DNA of 64,000 bases. Source: Azolla caroliniana (lineage: Eukaryota; Plantae; Polypodiophyta). Below the pieces are notes generated by a model. That model saw only the letters and a list, made by a program, of their open reading frames with translations. It was not told the DNA's origin and ran no database searches. Location of the stretch: assembly GCA_043228905.1 (NCBI GenBank), contig JBHGNT010000008.1, positions 17,856,001 to 17,920,000 on the forward strand, written 5' to 3'. The position numbers were made by a program, and so were the translations under genes. Of the stretch, positions 24,575 through 37,700 are shown piece after piece; the first letter of the stretch is position 1, and each line of letters opens with the position of its first letter.

Positions 24575-27500
24575 ATTGTAATACATAAAATATTATTTTC
24601 ATTTATGTTGTATTATAGAAAATTGATGTATATTCCAGATTTCTCTGGAACATTCTAGAAACTTCAGAAGTATTCCTTAGAACACTATAAAAGGAGGCAC
24701 AAGGCATTATTTCGAACCAAATAGGTTCAACGCCAGTCTTAAGCCTCCTAGCTGCTATTGTACATTCTCTTCACATAATATATATCCTTTCTTATCATCA
24801 CTCTCTCTCTCGATCTCTCTCTCCCTCCCTCTCACTCACTCGTCCTTCTCTCGAGAGTTCTTCACCTCTCTTAGTACTAATACTTCTTTAGTAATAATTC
24901 CTTCTCTATCTTAGTACTGTACCTGACAGTTTGAACCGATTTTGGTCGATCTTCCTTCTGTATCTTCCGTTCCTCCTCTTCCTTTTATCTTCTTATTAAT
25001 CCTCTTATCCTCCCTAGTAAAATGGAAACTGTTAGCGCTCAGGAATACCAATCTGTTTTCTCGGAGCTCCAGTGCTTAAAAGAGAAATTTGTAGCACTAG
25101 AACAAGAAAATCATCATTTGTTGGGGGATCTTCAACAAATAGCACTGGAAAAACAACAACATGGGGAGCTGATGTTACGTGTACAACAACTCAAAACGAC
25201 TATCATATCATTACAACAACAAGGATCAAGCAATCAAGGGATTCACAAAGAACCCAAGATCAGTCTTCTTGCAAAATTTGATGTGACCCGATCATAGTTT
25301 AGAGGGTTTTTGAATCAGGTATGTTTAGTGATACAAATGTATCCTTCTCGATATCCCACTGATGCATCACGAGTGGAACTAGTAGGCACTCTCCTTAGTG
25401 GCTTAGCGTTAGCATGGTTTGCTCCATTGTTGGAAAAGGAATCTCCATTACTAAACAGTTTTGAAGAATTTATAAGTGAGTTTAAGGCCTGGTTTGGAGA
25501 TACTGACAGCATAAGGACTTCAATCAACAAAATCCGGTGATTATGCCAAGGTGATCGTCCAGCCTCTGCATACGCTGCAGATTTTTACCTCCTCGCTGCC
25601 GATATCCCTTGGGATGATCATGCATTGATGGAGCAATTCCGTTATGGTTTACGCAACGATGTTAAGGATTTACTCTTGACCTTCCCCGAAGAGCCAAAGT
25701 CATTAACAAAAGCAATTAGTCGTGCGGTGAGATACGACAACTGTCACTTTGAACAACGTTCGGAACAACAATTCCAGATTCCGAGGGCAGGATCAGAGCC
25801 TACCTACGCCTCAGTGGTAGCGAAACCTTTTTCGAGGGAGTCATATAATGTGCCTCCAGTAAGTACTCCTCCAATACATGTCTTAGCACTTCTAGATTCC
25901 GGAGCTAATTCTTGCTTCATGGATAGGAAATTTGCCCAAGCTCATCAGATATCTCTCAGAAAACTCCCGTGTCTTGCCTCTGTAGTAGTCATTGATGGTT
26001 GTCCCATTGCTTCCTGAAATATCATAGAAGAGTCAGAGCCCATTAATATTGTCCTAGATAATCTAGCATGTGTAGTATCATTTAATATAATTAGCATCCC
26101 AGAACACCCCATTGTCTTAGGATTACCATGGTTCGAATTACATAACCCAGACATAGATAGGCGGACAAGAGAAATCCGGCATCGAAAAGCCCGAGGGTCT
26201 ACTCATGAGATTGCAACGATTTCACTACATCAGTTGTGTGAGGAAGGACACAAGGAAGAAATGTTTCTCTTCGCAATATCAGTAAAACCCTCCAGCACCA
26301 CTAAAGAGGAATCCACCGTTCAACTTCCAGAGAAGTATCGTCATTATGTCGATCTATTTGATAAAGTACAAGCCAATACGCTTCCTCACCATCGACCATA
26401 TGATTGCCCCATCGATTTACAACCGGGGAAAGAGCCACCATGGGGACCGATCTACAATCTGTCACCAACTGAACTGGAAGTCCTTCGAGCCTATATAGAG
26501 GAGAATTTGGAGAATGGTTTCATACGACATTCGAAATCTCCAGCCGGCACACCCATTTTCTTCATCAAGAAAAAGGATGGCCCACTTCGTCTCATTGTAG
26601 ATTACCGTGGCTTGAATAAGGTTACAATCCGAAATAGGTATGCACTCCCCCTTATCTCAAGTCTTTTAGAACGAATCAATGGTGCCAGGTTCTTCACGAA
26701 GATCGACTTACGAGGAGCCTATAACCTCGTATGGATCTGACCAAGAGATGAATGGAAGACCGCGTTGCGCATCAGATATGGGCACTTCGAGTATACGGTC
26801 ATGCCGTTCGGCCTCACTAATGCGCCAACAGTCTTCCAGCACATGGCAAATGATATTTTCCGAGATCTCTGGGATGTGTGTCTAATCATCTATTTGGATG
26901 ACCTACTGGTTTACTCAAAGACCCAAGAAGAGCATGATTCTAATGTACTATTAGTACTAAAACGACTTCGAGAACATGGTCTGTATGCAAAGCTGGAAAA
27001 ATGTAGTTTCGGGTGCAACCAAGTGGAATTTCTCGGCTACATCATTTCGTCAGAAGGCATCTCCATGGACCCAGCTAAGGTCAAAACGGTGGTAGAATGG
27101 CAGACTCCACGTTCGGTGTGGGATGTGCAATGCTTTCTAGGCTTTGCCAATTTTTACCGGAAGTTTATAAAGAATTACTCAAAGCTCGTTTTGCCTCTTA
27201 CACAACTTACTAGGAAGGGACAATCGTTCATTTGGTCTGAAGAAGCGGACATGGCTTTTGAGAATCTTAAACATGCATTTACATCGGCTCTGATTCTAGC
27301 TCACGTTGATCCAGAAAAACCATTCATCATTGAAGCGGACACATCAGATTTTGCATTGGGGAGCATTGTATCACAACGGGGTAATGATGAAAAGCTACAT
27401 CCTGTGGCTTTTCACCCACGCAAGTTTGACGCCGCCGAAATCAACTACGAAATTCATGATAAAGAGCTACTGGCTATCGTGGACTCTTTTATGCAATGGA

Positions 27501-28160
27501 AGCATTTTCTAGAGGGATCTTCTCATCAAGTCATTGTCTTCAGTGACCACAAAAACCTCGCCTATTTTCAAGACGCTCGTGTGTTAAATCGACGTCAAGC
27601 TCGGTGGGCCCATTTTCTCACGTGTTTCGACTTCAAGATTACATATCGACCTGGGAAGTATCAAGGAAACGAAGATGCATTATCACGACATTCGTACCTA
27701 GCACCGCGTCCCGGCGAGCCAGCTTTTGATAACCAAAAGCAAGTAATCTTGGGACCGACACGAGTGCAAGCAACACAGGTCTTTGGCATGCGCATGGATT
27801 CCCACGTTATCAATATCATACGCGCGGACCTGAAGACAGATGCTTTCGCCCAAGCTATACTAGCACAAATTGATCCGTCTCGAGCGTCATGTTCACAGTC
27901 GCAACCACCAGGTACAGACTATCGGCAATTTAAATATCATGATGGGTTACTCTTCTTTAAAGAACTTTTGTATGTTCCTAATGGTTCTTGCTGCCTTCGA
28001 GTAGTACAAAACAATCATGACACATATACAGCTGGGCATTTTGGTAGTATTAAAACATTAGATTTAGTACAACGATCATTCTGGTGGCCCCGTATGCAAC
28101 AATTTGTCGAAGATTTTGTTCGAACTTGTGATACATGCTGCAGAGCGAAAATGCCAAGGT

Positions 28161-31100
28161 TGTCAGGAACAATACTAAGACAGAGATGGAATTAGTACTA
28201 AAAGAGGTGAAGAACTCTCGAGAGAAGGAAAGAGTGAGTGAGAGGGAGAGAGATCGAGAGAGAGAGAGAGAGTATGTGATGATAAGAAAAGATATATATT
28301 ATGTGAAGAGAATGTACAGTAATAGCTAGGAGGCTTAAGACTGGTGTTGAACCAATTTGGTTCGAAATAATGCCTTGTGCCTCCTTTTATAGTGTTCTCC
28401 GGAATACTCCTGAAGTTTCTAGAATGTTCCAGAGAAATCTGGAATATACATCAATTTTCTATAATAAAACATAAATAAAAAAATAATATTCTGTGTATTA
28501 CAATGTATGGTGTAATGGTCAAAAGCTCGACCCATGTAGCATAAGGTCATGGGTTCGAGTCTTGCCATATCATGACACTATCCCCCCTTTAAAACGACGA
28601 GTGTCACGAGTTGTTTTGGATTGAGGACCTGGTTTGTCTGGATATTGACGATAGAAGTCTTCAAGAAGAGCACGAGCATTAGTCACATTCTCTATCGGTT
28701 CCCAAGTTCGCTAGCTGGGACTATATCCTAGCCAATCGACTAGATAGTAGAGCTTGTTGCGAACAATCTTGGAATCAAGGACGACGGCAACCTCGTACTC
28801 ACGTCCATCTTCAAGCTCGATCGGGGGTGGAGGCTATGTAATGTGTTCTGGGATGGTGTTCTCTTGATAGGGTTCGAGGAGAGAACTATGAAACACTAGA
28901 TGTATCCGAAGTTGCGGAGGTAGATCGAGACAAAAAGCGACATCATTAATCTTTCCAATAATACGGAAAGGACCTAATCGCCGATAATCCAACTTCTCGC
29001 ATGTCTTGATGTGTCGTCGTAGTAGCCATACCCGATCTCCAATGCTAAAACTGGATGGAAGTCGATGATGATCCACGTAAACCTTATGTGTCTATTGAGC
29101 TTGTTGGAGATGAGTAGATAAATCGGCTTGTATCTTGCGTAACCGCACTAAACAATCCTCTGTGCAAGGATTGGTGGACAACTGTGGAGTTTCGAATACA
29201 CACCACCGGGGGTGAGAACCCATATAAGCATAAAATGGCGTAACTTTAGTCGATGCGTGGACAGAGTTATTGTAGGCAAATTTGGCGAAGTGGAGAATAT
29301 CTACTCAATCATCCTGATGATAGCTTAGAAAGCACCAAAGATACTACTCCAGTGTTTGATTTGTTCGTTCTGTTTGGACATCCGTTTGTGGGTGGTAGTT
29401 GGAGGAGAGGTTACACGTGACCTTGAGCATTTTAAAAGTGTGCTTCCGGAATTTCGATACGAACTGGGGTCCATAGTCGCTGATGATACTATCGGGAAGG
29501 CCATGATGCCGATATACTTCACGCATGACAATTTCAGTGGTTTCTTCACTGGATATTTCCTTAGTACATGGCAAGAAATGAGCCATCTTCGTATATCGAT
29601 CTACGACTGTTAGAATCGCATTGAACCCCTTAGAGACTGGAAGATCTGTGATGAAGTCTAGAGAAATGGATTGCCATGGCTTGCTTGGAATTGGTAATGA
29701 TTCTAATAAACCATATGGATGATGCCTTGGCATTTTCGCTCTGCAGCATGTATCACAAATCCGAACAAAATCCTCAACAAATTGTCACATACGGGGCCAC
29801 CAAAATGATCGTTGTACTAAATCTAATGTTTTAGTACTACCCAAATGCCTAGCTGTATATGTGTCATGACAGTTTTAGACTACTTGAAGGTGGCAAGAAC
29901 CATTAGGAACATACAAGAGTTCATTAAAGAATAGTAATCCATCATGGTATTTGAATTGCCGATAGTCCGTACCTGGTGGTTGCGACTGTGAACAAGATGC
30001 TCGAGAGGGATCAATTTGTGCTAGAATGGCTTGGGCAAAAGCATCGGTCTTCAAGTCCTCACATATAGTATCGATAACATGGGAATCCATTGGCATGCCA
30101 AAGACCTATGTTGCGGGCAGTCATGTCGGTCCCAAGATCTCTTGCTTTTAGTTATCAAAAGTTGGCTCGCCGGGACGCGGTGCTAGGTACAAATGCCGTG
30201 ATAATGCATCTACCTTCCCTTGGAGCTTCCCCGGATGATATGTAATTTTGAAGTCGATACGTGTGAGGAAGTGGGCCCACCGAGCTTGACGTCGATTTAA
30301 CACACGAGCGTCCTGAAAGTAGGCAAGGTTTTTGTGGTCACCGAATACGATGACTTGATGAGAGGATCCCTCTAGAAAATGTCTCCATTGCGTAAAAGAG
30401 TCCACTATTGCCAATAGCTCCTTATCATGAATTTCGTAGTTGATTTCCGCGGCGTCAAACTTGCGTGAGTGAAAAGCCACATGATGTAGCTTCTCATCAT
30501 TACCCCGTTGTGACAGAATGCTCCCCAATGCGAAATCTGATGCGTCTGCTTCGATAATGAATGGTTTTTCCAAATCGACATGAGCTAGAATTGGAGCCGA
30601 TGTAAATGCCTTTTAAGACTCTCGAAAGCTATGTCTGCTTCTTTAGACCAAATGAACGATTGTCCCTTCCTGGTAAGTTGTGTGAGAGGAAGAACGAGCT
30701 TTGAGAAATCTTGTATGAACTTTTGGTAAAAATTGGCAAAGCCTAAAAAGCATTGCACATCTCGCACCGAACGCGGAGTCTGCCACTCTACCACAGTTTT
30801 GACCTTAGTTGGGTCCATGGAGATGCCTTCCGAGGAAATGACATAGCCCAGAAATTCCACCTGGTTGCACCCAAAACTACATTTTTCCAGCTTTGCTTAA
30901 AGACCATGTTCTCGAGGTCGTTTTAGTATTAACAATACATGAGAATCATGCTCTTCTTGGGTCTTCGAATAAACCAGTAGATCATCCAAATAGATGATCA
31001 AACAAACATGCAAGAGATCTCAGAATATATCATTTGCCATGTGTTGGAAGACTGTTGGCGCATTAGTGAGGCCGAACGGCATGATTGTATACTCGAAGTG

Positions 31101-32468
31101 TCAATATCTAGTGTGAAACGCGGTCTTCCATTCATCTCCTGGTCGGATCTGTACGAGGTTATAGGCTCCCGTAAGTCGATCTTCGTGAAGAACCTGGCAC
31201 CATTGATCCGTTCTAAAAGACTTGAGATAAGGGGAACTGCATACCTATTTCTGATTGTCACCTTATTCAAGCCACGGTAATCTACAACGAGACGAAGTGA
31301 TCCATCCTTTTTCTTAACGAAGAAAATGGGTGCGCCGGCTGGAGAGTTCGAATGCCGAATGAAACCATTTTCCAAATTCTCCTCTATATAGGCTCGCAGG
31401 ACTTCTAGCTTGGTTGGTGACAAATTGTAGATCGGTCCCCATGGTGGCTCTTTCCCCGGTTGTAAATCGATGGGGCAATCATACAGTCGATGGTGAGGAA
31501 GCGTATTGGCTTGTACTTTATCGAACACATCGGCATAATGATGATACTTCTTTGGAAGTTGAACGGTGGACTCCTCTTTAATGGTGTTTGAGGGCTTTAT
31601 TGATATTGCGAAGAGAAACATTTCTTCCTTGCGTCGTTCTTCCCGCAACTGATGTAGCGAAATGGTTGCAATCTCATGAGTAGACCCTCAGGCTTTTCGA
31701 TACCGGATTTCTCTTGTTCTCCAATCTATGTCTGGATTATGTAATTCGAACCATGGTAATCCTAAAATAATGGGGTGTTCTGGGATGCTAATTATATTAA
31801 ATGATACTACACATGCTAGATTATCTAGGACAATATTAACAGGCTCTGACTCTTCTATGATATTTCCGGAAGCAATGGGACGACCATCAATGACTACTAC
31901 AGAGGCTAGACACGGGAGTTTTCTGAGTGATATTTGATGAGCTTGGGCAAAGTTCCTAACCATGAAGCAAGAATTAGCTCCGGAATCTAGAAGTGCTAAG
32001 ACATGTATTGGAGGGGTACTTTTAGTACTAAAACGATTTCGAGAACATGGTCTTTATGCAAAGCTGGAAAAATGTAGTTTTGGGTGCAACTAGGTGGAAT
32101 GTCATCACTCTCTCTCTCTCTCTCAATCTCTCTCCCTCTCACTCACTCTTTCCTTCTCTCGAGAGTTCTTCACCTTTCTTAGTACTAATACTTGTTTTAG
32201 TACTTATTCCTTCTCTGTCTTAGTACTATTCCTGACTGTTTGAACCGATTTGGTTCGAAACGATGCTTTGTGCCTCCTTTTATAGTGTTCTCAGGAATAC
32301 TCCTGAAGTTTCTAGAATGTTCTAGAGAAATTTGGAATATACATCAATTTTCTATAATAAAATATAAATGAAAATAATATTCTACGTATTACAATGTATG
32401 GTGTAATGGTCAAGAGCTTCACCCATGTAGCATAAGGTCATGGGTTCGAGTCTTGCCATATCATGACA
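28161..32468 (-). mobile_element. Tcn1-like Gypsy element E2, inserted in the opposite orientation into sibling E1
   Basis: 3' LTR 28161-28577 plus PPT; chromodomain YYLVDWLGY at ~28700-28800; INT, RH, RT, PR; rearranged 5' LTR; TSD AAGGT/AAGGC. Confidence 0.9.
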
Positions 32469-33417
32469 AAGGCATCATCCATATGGTTTATTAGAACCAT
32501 TACCATTACCAATTCCAAGCAAGTTGTGGCAATCCATTGTTGTAGACTTCATCACAGATCTTCCAGTCTCTAAGGGGTTCAATGCGATTCTAACAGTGGT
32601 AGATTGATATATCATGACACACCCCACCTTAGTCCAACCATTAGATCTATCCTCAGACGGCATTATAGTTGTGATAGGGACCTGCTGATCGGTATCTTTA
32701 GTCATTTTTGGACACTTTTTACCCAAATGTCCAAATCCAAAACAACAAAAACATTGATATGGTAAGCTCCTATACACAATTTTCTACGAAAAAGATTCCT
32801 GCCTTGGATCAAGTAAATTGGGCAACAATATATTTGAGGGCAGAGTTGCGGATTTAGAAATCAAAAGTTTTGCAGATGCAGCTCCCATTGACTTTTCTTC
32901 GATCTAATGGGGGTGGGGCTTATCATAAGCTTCCAAGACCGTACAGATGGAGCTCCCATTGACTTTTCTTCGATCTGATGGGGGGGCTTATCATAAGCTT
33001 CCAAGACCGTACCAATATTACCAGTAAGTAGATGCACGAAAGGCATCCATTCTTTATGCAAATTGGGAAACATCATTGTACATGTATGATATAATCTAAA
33101 CCATCAAGTACTTGATTTGCGGAGAAGTTGTGTATCCATTTATGGAAAAAGACCCATCCTCCCTTGACTGCCAAAACTTTCTTCTCTAGCAAGATCAACA
33201 CTATTCGTTCCGGCTTGAACTCCACCTCATACTAATTTTGTCCAAGCATTTGTACATATGTGATGTTATCAATCTCTTGTTTCAATTCCGCTTGCAACAA
33301 TAAACGAAGGTTAGCGGGTTGAGGATGAATGCCCCAAACATGTGCAATGGCAATCCTCTTCTCTATACGTAGTATCTCTCTTACGACCTGTGTTCGATCC
33401 TGTTCTGTTGGGGCTTG

Positions 33418-33506
33418 TCCACTCAAGTGGAGCCCACAACATTGACTCAGTTGAACGCCGAATAGGCTTAAGGCAAGTTATAATTAGTTGTATTTACATT
33501 TATATA

Positions 33507-33542
<36 letters not shown>

Positions 33543-33750
33543 TGCCTTTTTCTTTTTTGTATGTTTTTTTTGGGTGTGTGTCTTTTTATGTGTGAACATA
33601 GATATAAACGTTGGACTAGAAGAAGACAAAAGATGAAAAACAGAAAAATAAGAAAAAGGAGAGATAGTGTGACCTGTTTTCAGAGAGAAAAACAGAGAGC
33701 GAAAAAACAGATTTTCTGAGAGAAAACAGAGAGTAAAAAACAGAGCGCGT
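33418..33750 (+). mobile_element. Old LTR remnant related to the LTR at 60446
   Basis: TCCACTCAAGTGGAGCCCACAAC is shared with 60457, followed by similar TA/TG and GA tracts. Confidence 0.55.
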
Positions 33751-34759
33751 TACAGAGATGGGGCTGGGCGGTGATAGATTGAGTAATGTTTGACTGAGCG
33801 ACAGCAGGTATGCCTGCTGCAGGCTGAGCATTATTAGGCGCTATGGCGTTCTTCATGTATGCTATTCCGGATGGTTCTTTTCTTCTTAGGCCCATCAGAT
33901 ATAGATGATCCAAACATAGCCCATGGCCCTTCTACATTAAATTGATGAGTCTTTTGAATAAGGCTCCATACACCATTCAAAATCTCTGAGTGGGGCACCT
34001 ATTTTTTTCCTTTATTCACGAAAAAGAAGATGGATTAACATTGTGAATACGTGTATATTACCACAACCTAACCAAGAAACATTTAGTAATCTTTCTTTCT
34101 TAACATTGCTCCAAGAATTTTTTAATCGATTATAAACTAAAGTCAACATTCAAGGAGCTAACAGCCTAGTCCCAATCAAGCCTACTCACAAATGGAAAAC
34201 AAATTTCGAATTTCTATGGTACGACCATTTTCAGTACATTGTGATCTTGTTCTGCCACACAAATAGACGGACCGGTCAGGTTGAACAGAAATTAATGGGA
34301 AAATACATGATCCATTCATTTATTGTGGTGTTTTTAGTCATACCCGTAGTGTCTGTCGCGTGCACATACTCATACTTGTAGTAGTGTTTTTCCCAGCTGT
34401 AAATCTTCATTCTATTTGTGACAGAAATGTTGTTTGTGTAGATGAAGTGTGCTCCTCTTTGGAATGTGAGTATTTGTAAGTAGATTAATATACGCGGTTG
34501 CGCTGTGGATGGTGTTTACATTTTGATTTTTCATACATAATATATTGGAGCCTTGTGTCAGTTGGCTTTATTCTTCGTTTATCCATAATCTGTGTCATAT
34601 ACCTCGACCTGCAATTACAACTAGAGCATATGTAGGTTTGCAGATATTCGTGTCTCGATTACGGCCAAGACGTCGTCATTATAAGTAGTAATAGCCTTGA
34701 GTGGTGGCAAAATGTCTACATGCAATATTGCATCACAAACCCTACTTATGAGAGGTGTA

Positions 34760-37700
34760 GGAGGAAAATAATAAGCAAAAATAAAATAAAATATATTAAT
34801 ATATAGTTCTTATGAAATCGGTTTTCTTCGTGAGAAGGAAACCGTAAGTCTATTGGTGGTGGTCTTATAAAGCCACCACCAACGTTGTATTCATTCTAAG
34901 GGCATTATAATAATAAAACGCTTTCTCTGTTTCCCTCATCTCTCTCTCTCTCTCTCTCTCTATTTCTTTCTATCTCTCTTTCTCTTCTTTCCCAACATGG
35001 TATCAGAGCGAAACGACCTAATAGCCTTATAGCCTATGCTTTTCTAAAATTACAAAACATGTGCCCTTACCATAATTTAACTTTCATGCCCATACAAAAA
35101 TAATTATATTCATAGTGTCCAAGATCGTCAAATAACGAACGACAATTTTGTGTTTGTCGTGCACTGATCCGGACAGCCCTCTACAATAATGGCGCAATCT
35201 ATGTCGTCGTCACAACTCAACATGCGAAAATTCACGATCGAGAAATTATCGGACACAAATTATCGAATTTGGAAGGCAAGATTAGAATTACTTTTTAAAT
35301 ATAATAAAGTATGGGACATAATTTCAGGATTGTCAACAAAACCTGAAAAAGGCGAAGAACTTGAAGAATATGAAGAAAAAGACTTGTGTGCAAGAATGGA
35401 AATTCTAATGCACGTAAGATATGGCACCGGAGAAACATTGGAAAAATGGAGACAGCTCATGAAATGTGGAAGCACTTACAAACTATCTACGAGCCGAAAA
35501 ACGATGCCCAACAAGCGCATACACTTCAAGCGCTTGTTAATTACAAAATGAATGACAAACAACTGGTTGGTGAATTTCTATTAATATGGCAAAAGAAATT
35601 AGATGATGTGTTAACTTTGGGATTAGAAATCCATGATAAATTACAAAAGATTCTCCTTCTTGGTGCTCTTCCTCACTCGTGGTCCACTTTTAGAACCACC
35701 CAAAACTCTATAAATTGTCCAACGCTAATTGATCTTCTTGCAAACATTAGACAGGAGGAAACAATGCGTTCACAAAGGTCTTCAAATTCAACTCCAAGTG
35801 TGGCAATGGTAGCATACAAGAACAAAAGGTTCACCCAAAGAGGAGAAAGCACGAAGCCGTGGATAAAGAAAGATCAAAACACAAAACAAAGAGGAATGTG
35901 GTTCAACAATACCTATTGTAAAATATGCAATTGTACAAATCATGCAACCAAAGATTGTCGCACAAAGTCAAATATCAAGAGTTATCAACCATGGAAGCGT
36001 GTAGAAGCCCATCTTGTTGAAGAAGAGATGGATGATGAAAAAGTCATAGGAGATGGATATCAAAATGGCGACAAGTATGATGACGTCCTTCAAGCATTCA
36101 TTGCTGAATCACTTTCCGCGATGATTCCAAACCCAAGTAATGTAAATGACATATGGTATCTCGACACTGGTGCTACTAACCACTTAACTAATAGAAAAGA
36201 TTGGTTATGTAACTATAAGGATGTTGAACCTCCTATCATTGTAAGATTTGGAAATAATGGCACTAAACAAGCTATTGGCAAGGGTGATATTACGTTTGAA
36301 GTCACAGGAGGAAGACATTTCACAATCAATGAAGTTCTCTATGTCCCGGGCATCACCAAACACTTGGTATCGGTTAGTCAAGCAATGACAAATGGTACTA
36401 TCATTGAATTTCATCCTAACCATGCTATTATTAAACATAAAGCCTCAAATGGAGAACTTATTAGAACATGTTGTAAACGAGAAGGAGGCTTATATCCCAT
36501 AAAATGTATTCCTACATCTCTTATTTTAGAAGCACATCATACTACCCCAATACAATCCTCCATATCTTTAACCAGTCTTCATTCTCCTTCTTCTCTTTGG
36601 CACTTTCGTCTACGTCCTATGCATTTCAATGCTCTAAAAACACTACAATGTAATAATCTAGTCCATGGTTTGCCAAAAGAACCTTTCAAGCCCATCTCTT
36701 TGTGTGAAAGTTGTATCCTTTGGAAAATGCCCCAACAACCATTCCCAAAGCATAGATCTCGAGGCACTACCCCTCTTGCATTAGTACATAGTGATCTATG
36801 TGGACCTTTTCCAACCCCTTCTCTTAGTGGAGCCAAATATTTCATCAACTTTATAGATGACTTTAGTCGATTTACAATCTTGCATTTTCTCAAGTACAAA
36901 AGTCAAGCTTATCAAGCAAGCTCGAGTCGAAGTGCAAACATCATCAAAGATTAAAAGTCTTCAAACCGATGGTGGTGGTGAGTATGTCTCATGAATTTCA
37001 AAGTTTATATCAAAATGAAGGCATACATCATAGAATATCAACCCCACACACACCACAACAAAATGGTGTATCCGAAAGGAAGAATAGATCACTTCTCAAT
37101 ATGGCTTGAAGTATGTTACAATTTGCTCACTTATCACCTCAATTTTGGGACGAAGCGGTTGGCACCGCTTGCTATATTCAAAATCGAGGATTTCATAGAT
37201 CCTTGGGGCTCCAAGCCCCTTAGGAACTATGGCATGGCCACAAACCTAACTTGAGTAACCTTCGTATTTTTGGTTGTGATGCTTATGCTTTTGGGCCAAA
37301 TGTTCAAAGAAATAAGCTAGATCCAAGGGCTACACAATCAATTTTCATTGGATATGGAGAAGCTTCGGGATACAAGGCATACAAGCTCTTCGATCCACAA
37401 AAACAAAGAATATTCTTTAGTCGTAGTGTGATATTCCAAGAAAGTGGGCCTTCTACAAAGGTTTCTTCTTCACTCCCTTCTAATATACCTCCCTTATTAC
37501 CTACCCCTAACTACTTACAACCATCTTCCTCAACCATCTCTAATATTAATAGCTCTCATATTGAAGGAGCCAACATTGGCTCATTCTCTACTTCCACAAT
37601 TTGTGTTGCTCTTCCATCTATTCACAAGGCAAAGATCAATCCTACTCAACCAACTAATTCTTCTTCTTGACATCTTCCCTCATTCCAATCTCTAGATGAT

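Larger units (their letters stand above)
24502..32619 (+). mobile_element. Tcn1-like Gypsy element E1; 3' half deleted; interrupted by E2
   Basis: 5' LTR 24502-24928; gag-PR-RT(YLDD)-RH-INT at 25022-28160, resuming at 32469-32608; TSD CACCC on both sides; self-priming site TTGAACCGATTT at 24931-24942. Confidence 0.87.
12228..33417 (-). mobile_element. Decayed L1-clade LINE, split by elements D (16493-23755) and E1/E2 (24502-32619)
   Basis: Poly(T)20 at 12228-12247; RT (LDFEKAYDKVDW, VRQGCPLAP) at 14200-14971; APE endonuclease remnants at 15870-16492, continuing at 23756; ORF1 with DUF4283-like region and CFCCFGFGHLGKKC knuckle at 32620-33417. Confidence 0.88.
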
